DNA of 63,578 nt, the filler included, from Octopus bimaculoides (Eukaryota): assembly GCF_001194135.2 (NCBI RefSeq). It is 6 parts of 5 records of this genome, joined end to end, with 100 filler letters (N's around TTAATTAATTAA, not from the genome) between each part and the next. Parts side by side here need not be neighbours in the genome. Positions count along the whole stretch, not along the records: positions 13,324 to 42,188 come from NC_068985.1; positions 42,289 to 59,811 come from NC_068982.1; 4 more parts are not named here. One strand, given 5' to 3'. The position numbers were made by a program, and so were the translations under genes. Below, piece by piece: positions 36,231 to 47,815 of this stretch; position 1 is the stretch's first letter, and the number at the start of each line of letters is the position of its first letter. The notes under the pieces are model-generated. The model was not told the DNA's origin. It saw only the letters and a list, made by a program, of their open reading frames with translations, and made no database searches.

Positions 36231-39030
36231 GATGCATCTGTTTCTGGCTTCACACCCCAGCGGAAACTTGAATCGTCTTCCAGCCATGCTCAGAGAAATG
36301 AACAGCGGTCAGTTCGTGTATGTGCTTGTGTGTGTGTGTGCATGTATGTGATTGTCCCACATGAAACTGCCATACAACAAAATTAGGAAAACAGTAAATG
36401 CAGGCATGGCAAAACATTTCCTTTTTTTACTGAATATTCCATTGAAGACGATGCTGCTTTTTACAGCTCACTTGTTGCCAATATCTGAAATTGAGCCAAG
36501 GGTTATGGCATGGCATACCTGGTATTGTAAAAGATATCACCAAAGTGTCAGTGATTCAGATGGCTGTCTTTATTTCCTGCGTACGTCCACCACCAGAGGA
36601 GAGAATGTGAACCCCATTTCAAATGACGAGATTGACACATTTTCAGCAGCAATCTGTCGGGGAACTTAGAGCTACCTAGATAGACAGACAGATAGGTAGA
36701 TAGCCAACCAGTCAGAGAGACAACATCATATATATATATATATATAGATAAAGAGGGACAGACAGACAGAGTGAGAGGAAGCTGCTTGTAGGTTTAGGTG
36801 TGACTACATCAACTTAGGAGGTGCATGGACACAACAGGAAAAGCATAAAAGCTCTCACCAGACAGAATGGATTGCCTGCTATTTATCCGACTTTTGATTT
36901 GACAACGGGGTAACGGCACATCTTTGTGACCTGTCCCTTTGTAATTGTTCGCCTCATTTAAAATAGACATGCACCAGTCACCATGGACGTAGCTGCTCCC
37001 CAGATACCAACCTGTCCAGTATGCCTTGAATGATCGCTGCTCTTCTGTCGGTTGAATTGAGCACGAAAGAGTGGGTGTTTGTTAGGGATGCTGAGACAGG
37101 CAGACTTTTTTATTTGTCAGGTGATGACAGCTTCAAATACCTATGTTTTCTTTGGTGGAATTCAGCGTGAAGGAGCAGGTGTCTGTCAGGACCTGCAAAA
37201 CTAGTGGTTTTCTATCTTTATCGGACAAAGACAATGGCAAGTATATCATTGGCAGAAATAAGACAGAGGTAGACACAGGTCTGGCTCTCGGTGAAGCATT
37301 GCACTACAGCTTCTTCAGAATTGGAATCAGAGGCTGGAATGACTGTGTGGACATATCTATGAAAGGAAGGTGGACAGAGTAACATCCATTGAGTGCAGAC
37401 GTCGCCGGGGCCATTTCACTTTGCTCAATTTCTGAGTGTATTGAATTTGTTCAGGAGTGGAGTCTGCATTGGTAACTGCCTGAGAGTTGAAGCACGTGAG
37501 GATGGCAGGGCTCAAAGTCATCGTCAGTCACTCATCATATGACAGCCTCTCATGCGAAGACTTGGACACTAATGATAGTCTACAATGAAGATCTGTAGTA
37601 GCCATTACCAAGTTCTCCTGTGTGGCACAGAACATTTAGAATGGCCTTTCCCAAATTAAATTACAACAAAGTGTTTGGAACAGATTCTTTCTGTGACATA
37701 TTGAAATAGTGTCAATAGATTCCTTTACTAAGTAAATTATTTTTGTCCTGCACCAGTCCTCAGTCACTTCAACTTTATACCACAAATCTCTACTTTTATA
37801 TAATGTTTAGAACAAAACTGAGTAACTTTCAATGGTACACCATGTCCTGTTGCTGCAGACTGGTTTTGCTTTATTCCAAAAGCGATAACTTCATGGAATA
37901 CCACTATTTGAAGCAGTAAAGTGAGATATGTTCTTCAGCCAATGATGGAGGGAAGCGGTATTGAAGAAGAACTCACTTTGACCGTGTACGCTCATCCATT
38001 CCATGGGAGGCTGGAAGTCTTAAGATAGACGTTGAGGACATTTTCATTGAATATATTGCATCTTGCAATCTGTACCTGTCTTGGAAAAAGCTTCTAGTAC
38101 ATGTCTGCTGACAAACCTTCTATGGCACACCATCACCTGATGCTACAATCCACTCTTGCTTTATTTCCAAACTATTTACTTCTTTCTTGCTGCAAACTCT
38201 AGGCTCAAAAGTTTGAATCAGGCCTTTGGTAGACATTTTATTAGAGATGACAATGTTTCTCCTGCTTGTGCTATAATAAAATGCACCTAGAACCCTTTAT
38301 AAAGTGGTTGGTGTTAGGAATGACATGGCATTCTATAAAGTCAGTAATGTTTAAGTGAGATATGTTCCTCAATCAATGAAGGAGAGAAAGAATTCTGAAG
38401 AACAACTGACTTGAACAGTGACAACTCATCCAATCCATGGGAGCTTGGAAATATGAGGATGAATGGTAGGGATGTTTGTCATTGATTGTATTGCATTTTG
38501 CAACCTGTATCTACCTTGAAGAATGAGAGAGAGAGAGAGACAAAGATTGTAACAACAGCAAAGAAAAGTTCTCTGCTTGGAATGTAAGGATAAAATTACT
38601 GTGAAATAAGATAGGGTGCTTATACGTGGAACGCATTTCATTTGTCATTCTTTCAGTTTATGAGAGATGTTCGCTTAAATAATAACTACAACCATATCCT
38701 ATCAGTAAACTTTAAAAAAAATGTAAAACAACCAAAAATGCTGTCCTTAACTCAAATGTTTATCACTAAATGACTTATTTTAGATCTCTCTTCCAAAATA
38801 TTATATTAACTGGATTCTCTTTTAAATGTTCCACTTTACAAACCATGCTAACCTCGTTGGATAATTTGTGAAATTTCAGTAATATCAATATGTTTAATAG
38901 AATTACTATACAGCAAAGTTTTCAAATGTAAATTAGGAATGGAACCTGTTCTCTGTCATTCTGATATACAAAGTCTCAGGTGAAGGTAAACTTTATAGAA
39001 ATGGATAAGTTAATGTTAGTTTCTATTTAC

Positions 39031-39111
39031 ATGGTTCCTCTGATTTTTTTCTTAGAAGACACTAATGTGGTGTGAAATCAGGCCAGTCATTGTCTGAAAT
39101 ACTTGGTTTGT
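39031..39111 (-). pseudogene. Inverted pseudo-exon homologous to the death-domain exon 1 / mini-exon unit
   Basis: The minus strand has an attcatttcag acceptor and a gtaaat donor 81 nt apart (phase 1-1), reading DKPSISDNDWPDFTPH*CLLRKKSEEP. The intron after it (38830-39030, reverse complement) aligns by eye with 32681-32870. Confidence 0.55.
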
Positions 39112-39439
39112 CTGAAATGAATATTTTCATGTTTTACATTTTAGAATATGATTTGATTATATTTATTTATAATCTATATTTGATTATTGTGAGACATTTT
39201 TATCTTCAGTTGTTGACGGGTCACCACTATGCTTTTAGTAAGCACCATTTACGGTTTCACTATGTGTTTTTTGTTTTTAGTTTTGTCTTTCCTGTTGTAT
39301 GTCTTTGTCTTTAATGGAGTTTAAGGCACAGATATAAGAAAATAAAAACAAAAGTAAAAGGACATTGTTATAAAAAGGTGATTACGTGAAATAATTGCAG
39401 TATTGTTAAATTAAATTGGATGTCTTAATACAGTGGGGT

Positions 39440-40200
39440 GGTATGTGGAGTTTGGTCTCGAAAGGAAGCTGGATTGGACCAATTGCACAAACCTCTTCAA
39501 CCACACCTACTTGCCTGCAATTTACTACCGAGGTGAAACCGGGGCCACAATGAAGGGAGAGAATGTGAGGCTGGTAATGGCCCAAAGAACAATGGAAAGA
39601 TCAATGCTGAAAGTGTTGTTAAAGGAGAACATCCAGAGTGAAAGTATCAGAGAGAGAGAGAGAGATCTGGTGCGAGAGACAGCGTCACCAAATGCAGAAG
39701 GAAGAATTTCAGATGGGCTGCAGATGTCATTCAGTTCACTGACAATTGGTGGACTTGCTTAGTTGTTGAGTATGCGAGCAGAAGAGGCCACTTGGAGGGA
39801 CTCCAAAAAGTAGGGTTGACAGCCACGTAGATTGAGGAGGCAAGATCCAGAAAGAAATGGATGGTGTGCTGTGGTCAGCGGTGTCGGTAGGAAGCATGAC
39901 ACTCCAGTCGGTCAAAGTCAAGACCATAATTGTGTATGTCCATCGATTGTCAGTGAAATGAGTGACGTGCCCCATCCATCTGAAATTCTTCCTTCTACAT
40001 CTGGTGATGCTGTCTCTCTCACCAGATTTCTTGCTGATCGCTTCACTCTTAGACACACTCACAGCATCGATCTTTCCATTGCTCTTTGGGCTGTTACCAG
40101 CCCCGCATCCTGTCTTTTCGTCATGGTCCAGGTTTTAATTCAGTAATAAATTGCAGGAAAATCGGTTGGAGATGTTTTTTTGCAGTTGGCCCATTCCAAC
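39440..40200. mobile_element. RTE LINE C-terminal fragment, present twice in inverted orientation
   Basis: + strand YLPAIYYRGET...AQRTMERSML...RRKNFRWA..TDNWW; the minus strand has the paralogous QRAMERSML...RRKNFRWMGHV..TDNRWT. Confidence 0.7.
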
Positions 40201-41679
40201 TTCCATCTTAACACTATCCATTCTATTGAGACATCAAAAATAATTTAACTATATTGCAATTATTTCATGTAATTATCTCTTTGGTAAGTGAACTCTTTTT
40301 GCACCAGTCGTAGACTAGTTCACCTTTACACCACAAATCTTTACTATTATGTAATGCGGATAATAAAACTGTGCATCACCTGTTGCTGCATCTTTGATCT
40401 TGTCTTCTTCCCAAACCTATTTATTTATTTCTTGCTACAATCCCTGCGCTCAAAGTTTGATCACTGATTCCGTTACACGTTTTATTAAGAAGACGCTTGT
40501 CTTTGTTATGCTTGTGCCACAATAAGATGCACCTAGAACCCTTTATAAAGTGGTTGGTGTTAGGAATGGCATGGCATTATATAAAATTAGTAATGTTTCT
40601 CAACCAATGAAGGAGAGAAGTAATTCTGAAGAACTGACTTGGTCAGTGACCACTCATCCAATCCATGAGAGCTTGGAAATATGAGGATGAATGGTGGGGG
40701 TGTTGTCATCCATTCTATTGCATCTTGCAACTTGTATCTATCTTGAAGAATGAGAGAGAGAGAGACAAAAAATATCACAGTAGCAAAGCAAAGTCTTCTA
40801 CTTGGATAAAGACAATGTTTAGTGGATGTAATGATTTTAATATCAGTGTAAGAAGACAGGGTGTTCCCACCTGGAATGCATGTTATTGTTAGTCTTCCAG
40901 ATTATGTGATGCATCAACCTAAACAACAACACTGACCCATCAGGAAACTTAGTAGACAATGTAAAACAAACAAAAACGTTGTCATTAGCTCACCTGTTTA
41001 CCCCTAAAAGACAAGATCATATTTTTGTTCTCTGGCCACAAAGTGCAAATGATTCCTTGATTTTTGCATTGGCCCCAATTAGTCACCTCTTCCACAAGAG
41101 GTAATAGCACTTTGGATCTGCTATGTATCACTGGTTATGAAATTGTCATCAGCCTCACTACTAAGGTACACTTAGCGGACTCCGATCATGCTCTAATCTT
41201 GTCAATCTCTTATAGATAGAAAGGAAAGTCACTGTCGCACTGCTTTGCATATCCAGTTTGGAACACTCACCTTGTCCAGGATATCGATCTACTGGAAGCA
41301 GTACCAAGATGTACAACCAGGCAAATAACCTCTGTCAGTCACCAGATCTTGAATGTATTGTTTTTCTGAGTTTTGACACTGTAAAGTCTCGATATCTAGC
41401 ATCTTAACTTATCAAAATCCTTCAAGATTATCCACCATCTCTCCAACAACAACAACAACTTTGGCCACATTTCTGAATTCAGTGTCTGCCATCAGCAGAT
41501 GTGCTTCTAAAATACAAACAAAACCCAGTGCAGCAGTCATGAGTTTCACAAAATATGTTTCCCTGCTCACAATTCCTGAAACCCAGAATAAACTACCAAC
41601 ACCAATTGTTAGCTATTAGAACACTGTTCCCTGAAATTCACCAACACTACTGATGATGGCTCTTTTACTGTTTTCCTTT

Positions 41680-42188
41680 CTGCTTTTTGGGTTGAACCAA
41701 ATTTGATGACTGGCACCTGTGCCGGTGGAGTGCTAACAGCACCATCCGAGTGGGGTCACTGCAAGAGCAGCGGTCTCGCTCCCGTGCTGGTGGCACATAA
41801 AAAGCACCATTTGAGCGCGATCGTCTCCAGCTTTGCCTTGCTGTCACTTGTGTCGGTGGCATGTGAACAAAACATTGGACTGACTGACTCCTGTACAGGT
41901 GGCATGTAAAATACACTATTTGAGCGTGACCATTGCCAGTACCGTGGGACTGGCTCATGCAGGTGGCACGTAAAAAGCATCCACTACACTCTCGGAGTGG
42001 TTGGCATTAGGAAGGGCATCCAGCTGTAGAAACTCTGCCAGATCAGATTGGAGCCTGGTGTAGCCATCTGGTTTGCCAGTCCCCAGTCAAATTGTCCAAC
42101 CCATGCTAGCATGGAAATCATCATCGTTTAACATCCGCTTTCCATGCTAGCATGGATTGGACGATTTGACTGAGGACTGGTGAAACTG
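41680..42188. mobile_element. RTE 3'-end copy (+) followed tail-to-tail by a minus copy
   Basis: ...ccatgctagcatggaaatcatcatcgtttaacatccgctttccatgctagcatgg... Confidence 0.7.
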
Positions 42189-42288
42189 NNNNNNNNNNNN
42201 NNNNNNNNNNNNNNNNNNNNNNNNNNNNNNNNTTAATTAATTAANNNNNNNNNNNNNNNNNNNNNNNNNNNNNNNNNNNNNNNNNNNN

Positions 42289-42348
<60 letters not shown>

Positions 42349-42369
42349 TGTATGTATGTGTGCGTATAT

Positions 42370-43985
42370 GTTTGTGTGTCTGTGTTTGTCCCCCAACATC
42401 GCTTGATAACCGATGGTAGTGTGTTTACGGTCCCGTAACTTAGCTGTTCGGCAAAAGAGACCGATAGAATAAGTATTAGGCTTGCAAAGAAATTTATTTT
42501 GTCGGGTAATTTATGTGAATTCGTCGTTGTTACCTTAATTGGGTTTCATGTTCTCCCTTTCCTTCACTCATTTATATTTTAATTACATAGTGTATAGGTG
42601 CGTGTGCGCCTGTATGCATGCACGTAGACATGCACACGCACATACACACACATGCATAAATTAGTTATAAAGAGAGGAGGAGGAGAGGGAAAGAGAGAGA
42701 AAGCTATATGTACAAACGATCACATATATGCCAAAATGTGTTAGCGAACCTTTCCTCTTAAGAAGCCGGTTGCGCAAGCCACAGGAACTGAAGTTAACTC
42801 GAAATACTTTTCAAATATATATATACTTTTTCTCTTGCCACTTTTCGAAACTTTGGAAATCTAGAATTATTTGTAAGTACACGATATTATAACTGCTCAA
42901 TATTCAATACTGAGATGCATACAAATGTTCTTGTCTATTTCAGCAAAAAAAAAAAAAAAATAAAAAGCAAAGAAACTTTATAACCTTCAGAATCAATTGA
43001 ACCGAAAACAAACGTTTCTGTTTATATTTAGTCAAATAAGAAATCAAACAAAACATTAACTAACACATATTCGATATCGAACCATAAACAAATGTTTCCC
43101 TTTATTCTCGCACAAAGAACTTAGACAAAACAACTTTGAAAACTGAAACATATATATTCCCTTGTCTGTTTAGACACATAAAACAGAGCCTTGATATCTT
43201 TCGAAAACAAAGTTAAATGAATAAATGAACAAAGGAATATGTCACTCCGTAAATATTACTACAAAAACCCCCGCTTCATAATAAACAAATTGCATGTCTA
43301 TAATAGTCATATCTCGACAGAGAATGAAATTGATATTCTGATCAATGCCCGGTTCTTTCTTTGCCAGGCTGGAGCGCTTACTACAAGGCCTGTCCTTCTC
43401 TGCTGCTCAGTAATTCAACAATCGATCGGTGAGACGAACTAAAAATAAAAGAAATTCAAATTTTCGAAAGCTTTTCATCTCCTTAAAAAGCATTTGGAAA
43501 ACAAAATTCTATTTGTTATTCTCTTGGTGCTACAGTGCAACGGGATTGTAATCAAGATTAACACAGCCACCATCGCCGCCACCACCACCACCACCAGTAC
43601 CGCTACCGTCAACAACACCAACAACATTAAACTGAAAAACAGCAGCAGTTTTGGTGGTGGTAACAACAACAACAACTTGCTTTTCCACTGATCTTTTTTT
43701 TCCTCTGACCTCTCAGGTGACCTCGTGACTGACCTCTCCGACCGTTTCTTGTCGAAAACCGGCACATAATGTATCCCCCACACTCCGCAATCACTCATCC
43801 TTCTATTTGCCAAGTGATTCTGCTACTGCCACCTCCTATTCATCTCCCCCCCCCCTCTGCTTCCCTTCCTTCCACCTCCTCATCTCTGTCATTGTTGCAA
43901 TTGTCATTGTGTTCTTTTCCACCATCACGACGACCACCACCACCACTATCATCACCACCGCCGTCGGAAACTGCAAAAAGCCTGT

Positions 43986-44061
<76 letters not shown>

Positions 44062-44230
44062 TGTCTGTCCTCCACCACCACTTGATAACTGGTGCTGGGG
44101 TGTTTACGTACCCGTAACTTAGCTGTTCGGTAAAAGAATCGGATAGAATTAGCAATGGGGACGATTCTTCTAAGCGGTGTCCTGGCATGGCCACAGTCTG
44201 ATGAAGGAAACAAATAAACGATTAAAGATA
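42370..44230 (+). mobile_element. Two SINE 3' halves (~42370-42490 and ~44070-44230), each following a (TG)n/(TA)n tract
   Basis: cttgataac(c/t)g(a/g)tg...gtgtttacg..cccgtaacttagctgttcgg.aaaaga core in both. Confidence 0.6.
43988..44060. repeat. (TG)n microsatellite
   Basis: Direct inspection. Confidence 0.95.
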
Positions 44231-45699
44231 GAAGATAAATCCATTGTCTATCTTTACGCATATCGGCTCACTGACCAACGCCAATGTGTAACCACGAAAC
44301 ACCCAACTACATAATGCACAACGCATCATCTGCCCCAACCACAATGAAACACAACAAGTAACCCAATAGTTTTCTATCCCTTCCGTACTTCATTCCCGAT
44401 ACACCAGAAACAATTTACAGAATGCTTGAAGTTTTTCTTTTAAGCATGTTCATCCACATCCACCGTTCGACAAAAAAACTCCTCACTCCAAGTTCTTGAT
44501 ATGAAATTGATGAAGTGTGCTACGGCTGATCAGGCAGTGCAACAATACCTCGAAAATCTCACTAAAACTTCCAAAACTATGAAGAACGAAGGGTAACATT
44601 GTATTTCCTCCAGGCTCTTCTCTTTAACAAACCAAAGCTGACCTTCCTGGTGTCTTGCTAAATTATCTTCCTCAACTTTGCAGAATCATCCATGTCTCGA
44701 CTTCTCACCTCTGCTCCCTGAGCAGACTCTCTGCGGAGAAAAACTTCCATCTTCGCAGCTAATTTCACATTACACACAGGCAACACATTTCCAACTTTAT
44801 TTTTGTGTTGCAGAAATAGCGGTCCCCGCATTTATGGCATTTCCCTCGAACACTACAGATTCATGTAGTCATATGCTTTTAGCGTGAATAGAGTATTTTC
44901 TAAATATATTGTTGATCTCAAGGAGTTTTATTTTAGCAAGAGTTCGACATAAACAAAGTCCAAAGTGAGCCAAATGTATGTCAAACCTAACAGAGAATGG
45001 CTTTACACTTGGCGGCAACAGCAATTTTTCTAAGGTATGGTAGTTTAAACAAGTAGATGTTTTTGTGGTGTTTGTTCTGTATTTTACGTGGTGTAAGTGG
45101 CTCGGTGTGTCGACATGCTGCATCGGTTGCAAATGTGAACGAAAGCATATAGAATATAGTTGTGCTTACTACAGATGATGTGGCTTATTTAAATCGGGCG
45201 AAGAGTTTTCTTCAAGCCGAATTTTGTTGTGATATCATCTGAAATAATGAGTACAAAATCGAGTACTTGGAGAAATTCTGTTTTCGGTTGAGTATTGAAT
45301 AGTGTGTTTATCAATTATATTGATATATGCGTTTATCAATATTAATATTTTTATCAATATTAATATTTTTATCAATATTCAATGTGTTTGTCAATATTAT
45401 TGAATGTTTCAAAGATAGAATAGCATCAGCGAGCGCGATGTACAGATCAATTATGTCACCAACGTGACTTATAAAGAAAAAATAGGAATTGGAAGTGTTA
45501 ATTACTCGTCTTCCCATTCAGTCTCGTAGTCCATTAAACCTAAAATAGAGGATCACATGAGTAGAACTTATGTGTGTTTATCGTTGTGCTCGTTGGAAGC
45601 GAAGCAGGTGTTTGTGCCAAAGATGGAAAAGAGTTGATGAATGTTCGCGGCAGTGAACCCGCATCAGCGGGAATAAGAAGAGATAGTAGAGATAGTAAC

Positions 45700-46600
45700 G
45701 ATATTCGCAGTTGCGAGGACAATACAGGGTGTGTAGAGAAATATTACATCCAGTTTGGAGTCATGCCTACTGCGCTTGAATATATCGCAATGGTGTTTGT
45801 AGACTCATTCCAGCTGTCGACGTGATCAAAGAAAGAAAATTTACGAGCATCTTAAATATCCGAGAGAGGAGCCCGGAAACAATGTAAACAGGTCCGTTGA
45901 AGCTAGAGACAATGGTGCAGATTTATGTATTTTTATAAGGTGGTAAGATGTATGTAACTTAATATTACTGATCATGATATTGTTGTTAGCTTTCAAACCG
46001 AAATTCGTCGGGTTGCAAACCTCGGTTCATGTAGTATCGATGTCTTCAATCTGGATGCATGTTATGTCTGTGACTATCGCATAAAGCTTGTTGTTAATGA
46101 TCTGCCTGAATACTAAGCAGTTGTAAGCGTATTCGGCAATGTTGCAAAATTCATTTCCTTTGTCCAATGTGAGATAATAATGTCTTTAGATCGTATGTTT
46201 TTAAGACCCCAGACGTCGTGAATGCGAGAGTTGGGGATAGAATTGTGTTTAAGTAGGAATTTGGAGATCGATCCTTTTAGTCTTTGAAGTCTATGATTGA
46301 GCTCATTGTTTGCAGGAATAGGTGACGTAGGTCATCGACGTGATAGGCTGGGTTTTTGTCTTTGTACATATCTTCTTAAGTACCTGATAAAATGTGATAA
46401 ATGTGGAGATCCCTACATCGGCAGCACGATTTGGAAACTCCACACCTGGATTAGGAAACAGCTCAAAAGCACATACCTTCTGGCTAAAGAAATACATCGA
46501 CAAACGCTGCAACATCTTAGATAGTGATCGAAACATTGGTAACTTGAGAAACAAGGAGGCTATTCTCATTTAAAACATAAAACAAAAATCAACAGAACTG
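45700..46600 (+). mobile_element. Degenerate Penelope-like retroelement relic
   Basis: KYYIQFGVMPTAL (resembles the RT Q..GVAMG motif) and YLIKCDKCGDPYIGST (GIY-YIG endonuclease motif). Confidence 0.55.
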
Positions 46601-47619
46601 ACATTTCTAACTACTCGTGTAACCTATCCCTCATCTATTCGCCGTTCCTCTCATTCGTCTAACTTTTTTCTCAGACACCTTCGCCGCAACAAACAGCATA
46701 TTTTATCACAACCTACGCTTTTTGAACAAAAACTAAAAGACCCTACCTGCAGACTAACCATAATTTAAAGTTCTGCAACTTTTCAGCGTCCTTTCACACT
46801 ATCCCACATCATCTTGTCATGCCACGTCACTACCTACCGTGGCTCTTGCTACACCTAACTATCTGCTGCGGGTGATTCTACCAAATTCAAACCTCTACCA
46901 ATGCAACACCAACGTCCTCTCAACGCCAGAGATGATTTTTTTAAATGGGAATAACTGAAATAAACTCGACTACTCTCACGAACAAGAATACTAAAAATGA
47001 ACCCGACCTCTCTCAAAAATTCAGTAAAAAAAAGGGAAAAATAATCCAGAATCCTTGTCCATACCTGATCGATCTCAATGGTAGTCATGGAATGTGAAGG
47101 TGGCTGAAGAAAATTTAGTAACAGTAACAAATAGTTTATTCTTATTTAGTATAAGCCAAAGCTGACAAATTCACTATTCAAAACAGTTTCATGGGCGGAA
47201 GTAATAATAATAAGTTCTACTCAGGAATTTTTTATTGAATAGCATGAGACCTTTTGGCTTTCTCTTCTCTTAAATTCTGGCTTTTCTTTAATATTCCTGT
47301 TGTTTTAGATCGATGTATAGGTGTATGTATATATGTAAGTATACTGTAAAGAGTTAATATGTATGTATAATGTATAATAATATATGTTATAAAAATATGT
47401 TTGTGTTATTTAATATTTGAACGGTTTTGCTGCCGTTTGTTTATGTAGTTTGATTTCTTTATCCATCAGTTTCTACTAAGATGGAGACGTGGGTAAAATT
47501 AATAATAGAGAAACGAAAATAAAACTTTGACGACATATAAGTGTTCAATTTTTGTTGGACATCTTACACAAATGACTTGTTTATAGTGATCAATTATACG
47601 TGTGGTACATTAGCTCACT

Positions 47620-47815
47620 CCGTCCCTCCCTCAAGTTTACCTTGCCTGAACAGGTGCGCAGAGTAACACAAGCCAGGTGTCGAAGTGTCAGACCACAAAG
47701 CAACGTGAGAAGAAGTGTTTTTCTCAAGATCACAACGCACCATCCGGTCTAAGAATTGAAACCACGATCTTGCGATCGTGAGTGCAAAACCCTAACCACT
47801 AAGCTGTGAGCCCTC
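47620..47815 (-). mobile_element. tRNA-derived SINE
   Basis: ctcaagatcacaacgcac...ttgaaaccacgatcttgcgatcgtgagtgcaaaaccctaaccactaagc. Confidence 0.6.

Larger units (their letters stand above)
37730..41010. repeat. Block of direct and inverted duplications related to the gene's intron unit
   Basis: ~38100-38780 is similar to ~40380-41010 (shared tgcacctagaaccctttataaagtggttggtgttaggaatg). Reverse complements of ~38830-39000 and ~40960-41010 match 32690-32970. Confidence 0.7.

Noticed and set aside
37143-37382. 79-aa ORF MFSLVEFSVKEQ... as a possible second gene or paralogue death-domain exon
   Set aside because: No recognisable motif on either strand and no consistent splice partners.
41050-41600. 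Possible LINE endonuclease relic on the minus strand (IDIL...W)
   Set aside because: The similarity is too fragmentary to call without a profile search.
44185-44215. CTGATGA...GAAA resembling a hammerhead ribozyme core
   Set aside because: A variant of the SINE 3' tail (gcagtc.aatgactgaaac); the required stems are not evident. No complete hammerhead was found near the Penelope relic either.
44230-44860. Possible retroelement coding relic
   Set aside because: I could not read any diagnostic RT, endonuclease or integrase motif with confidence.
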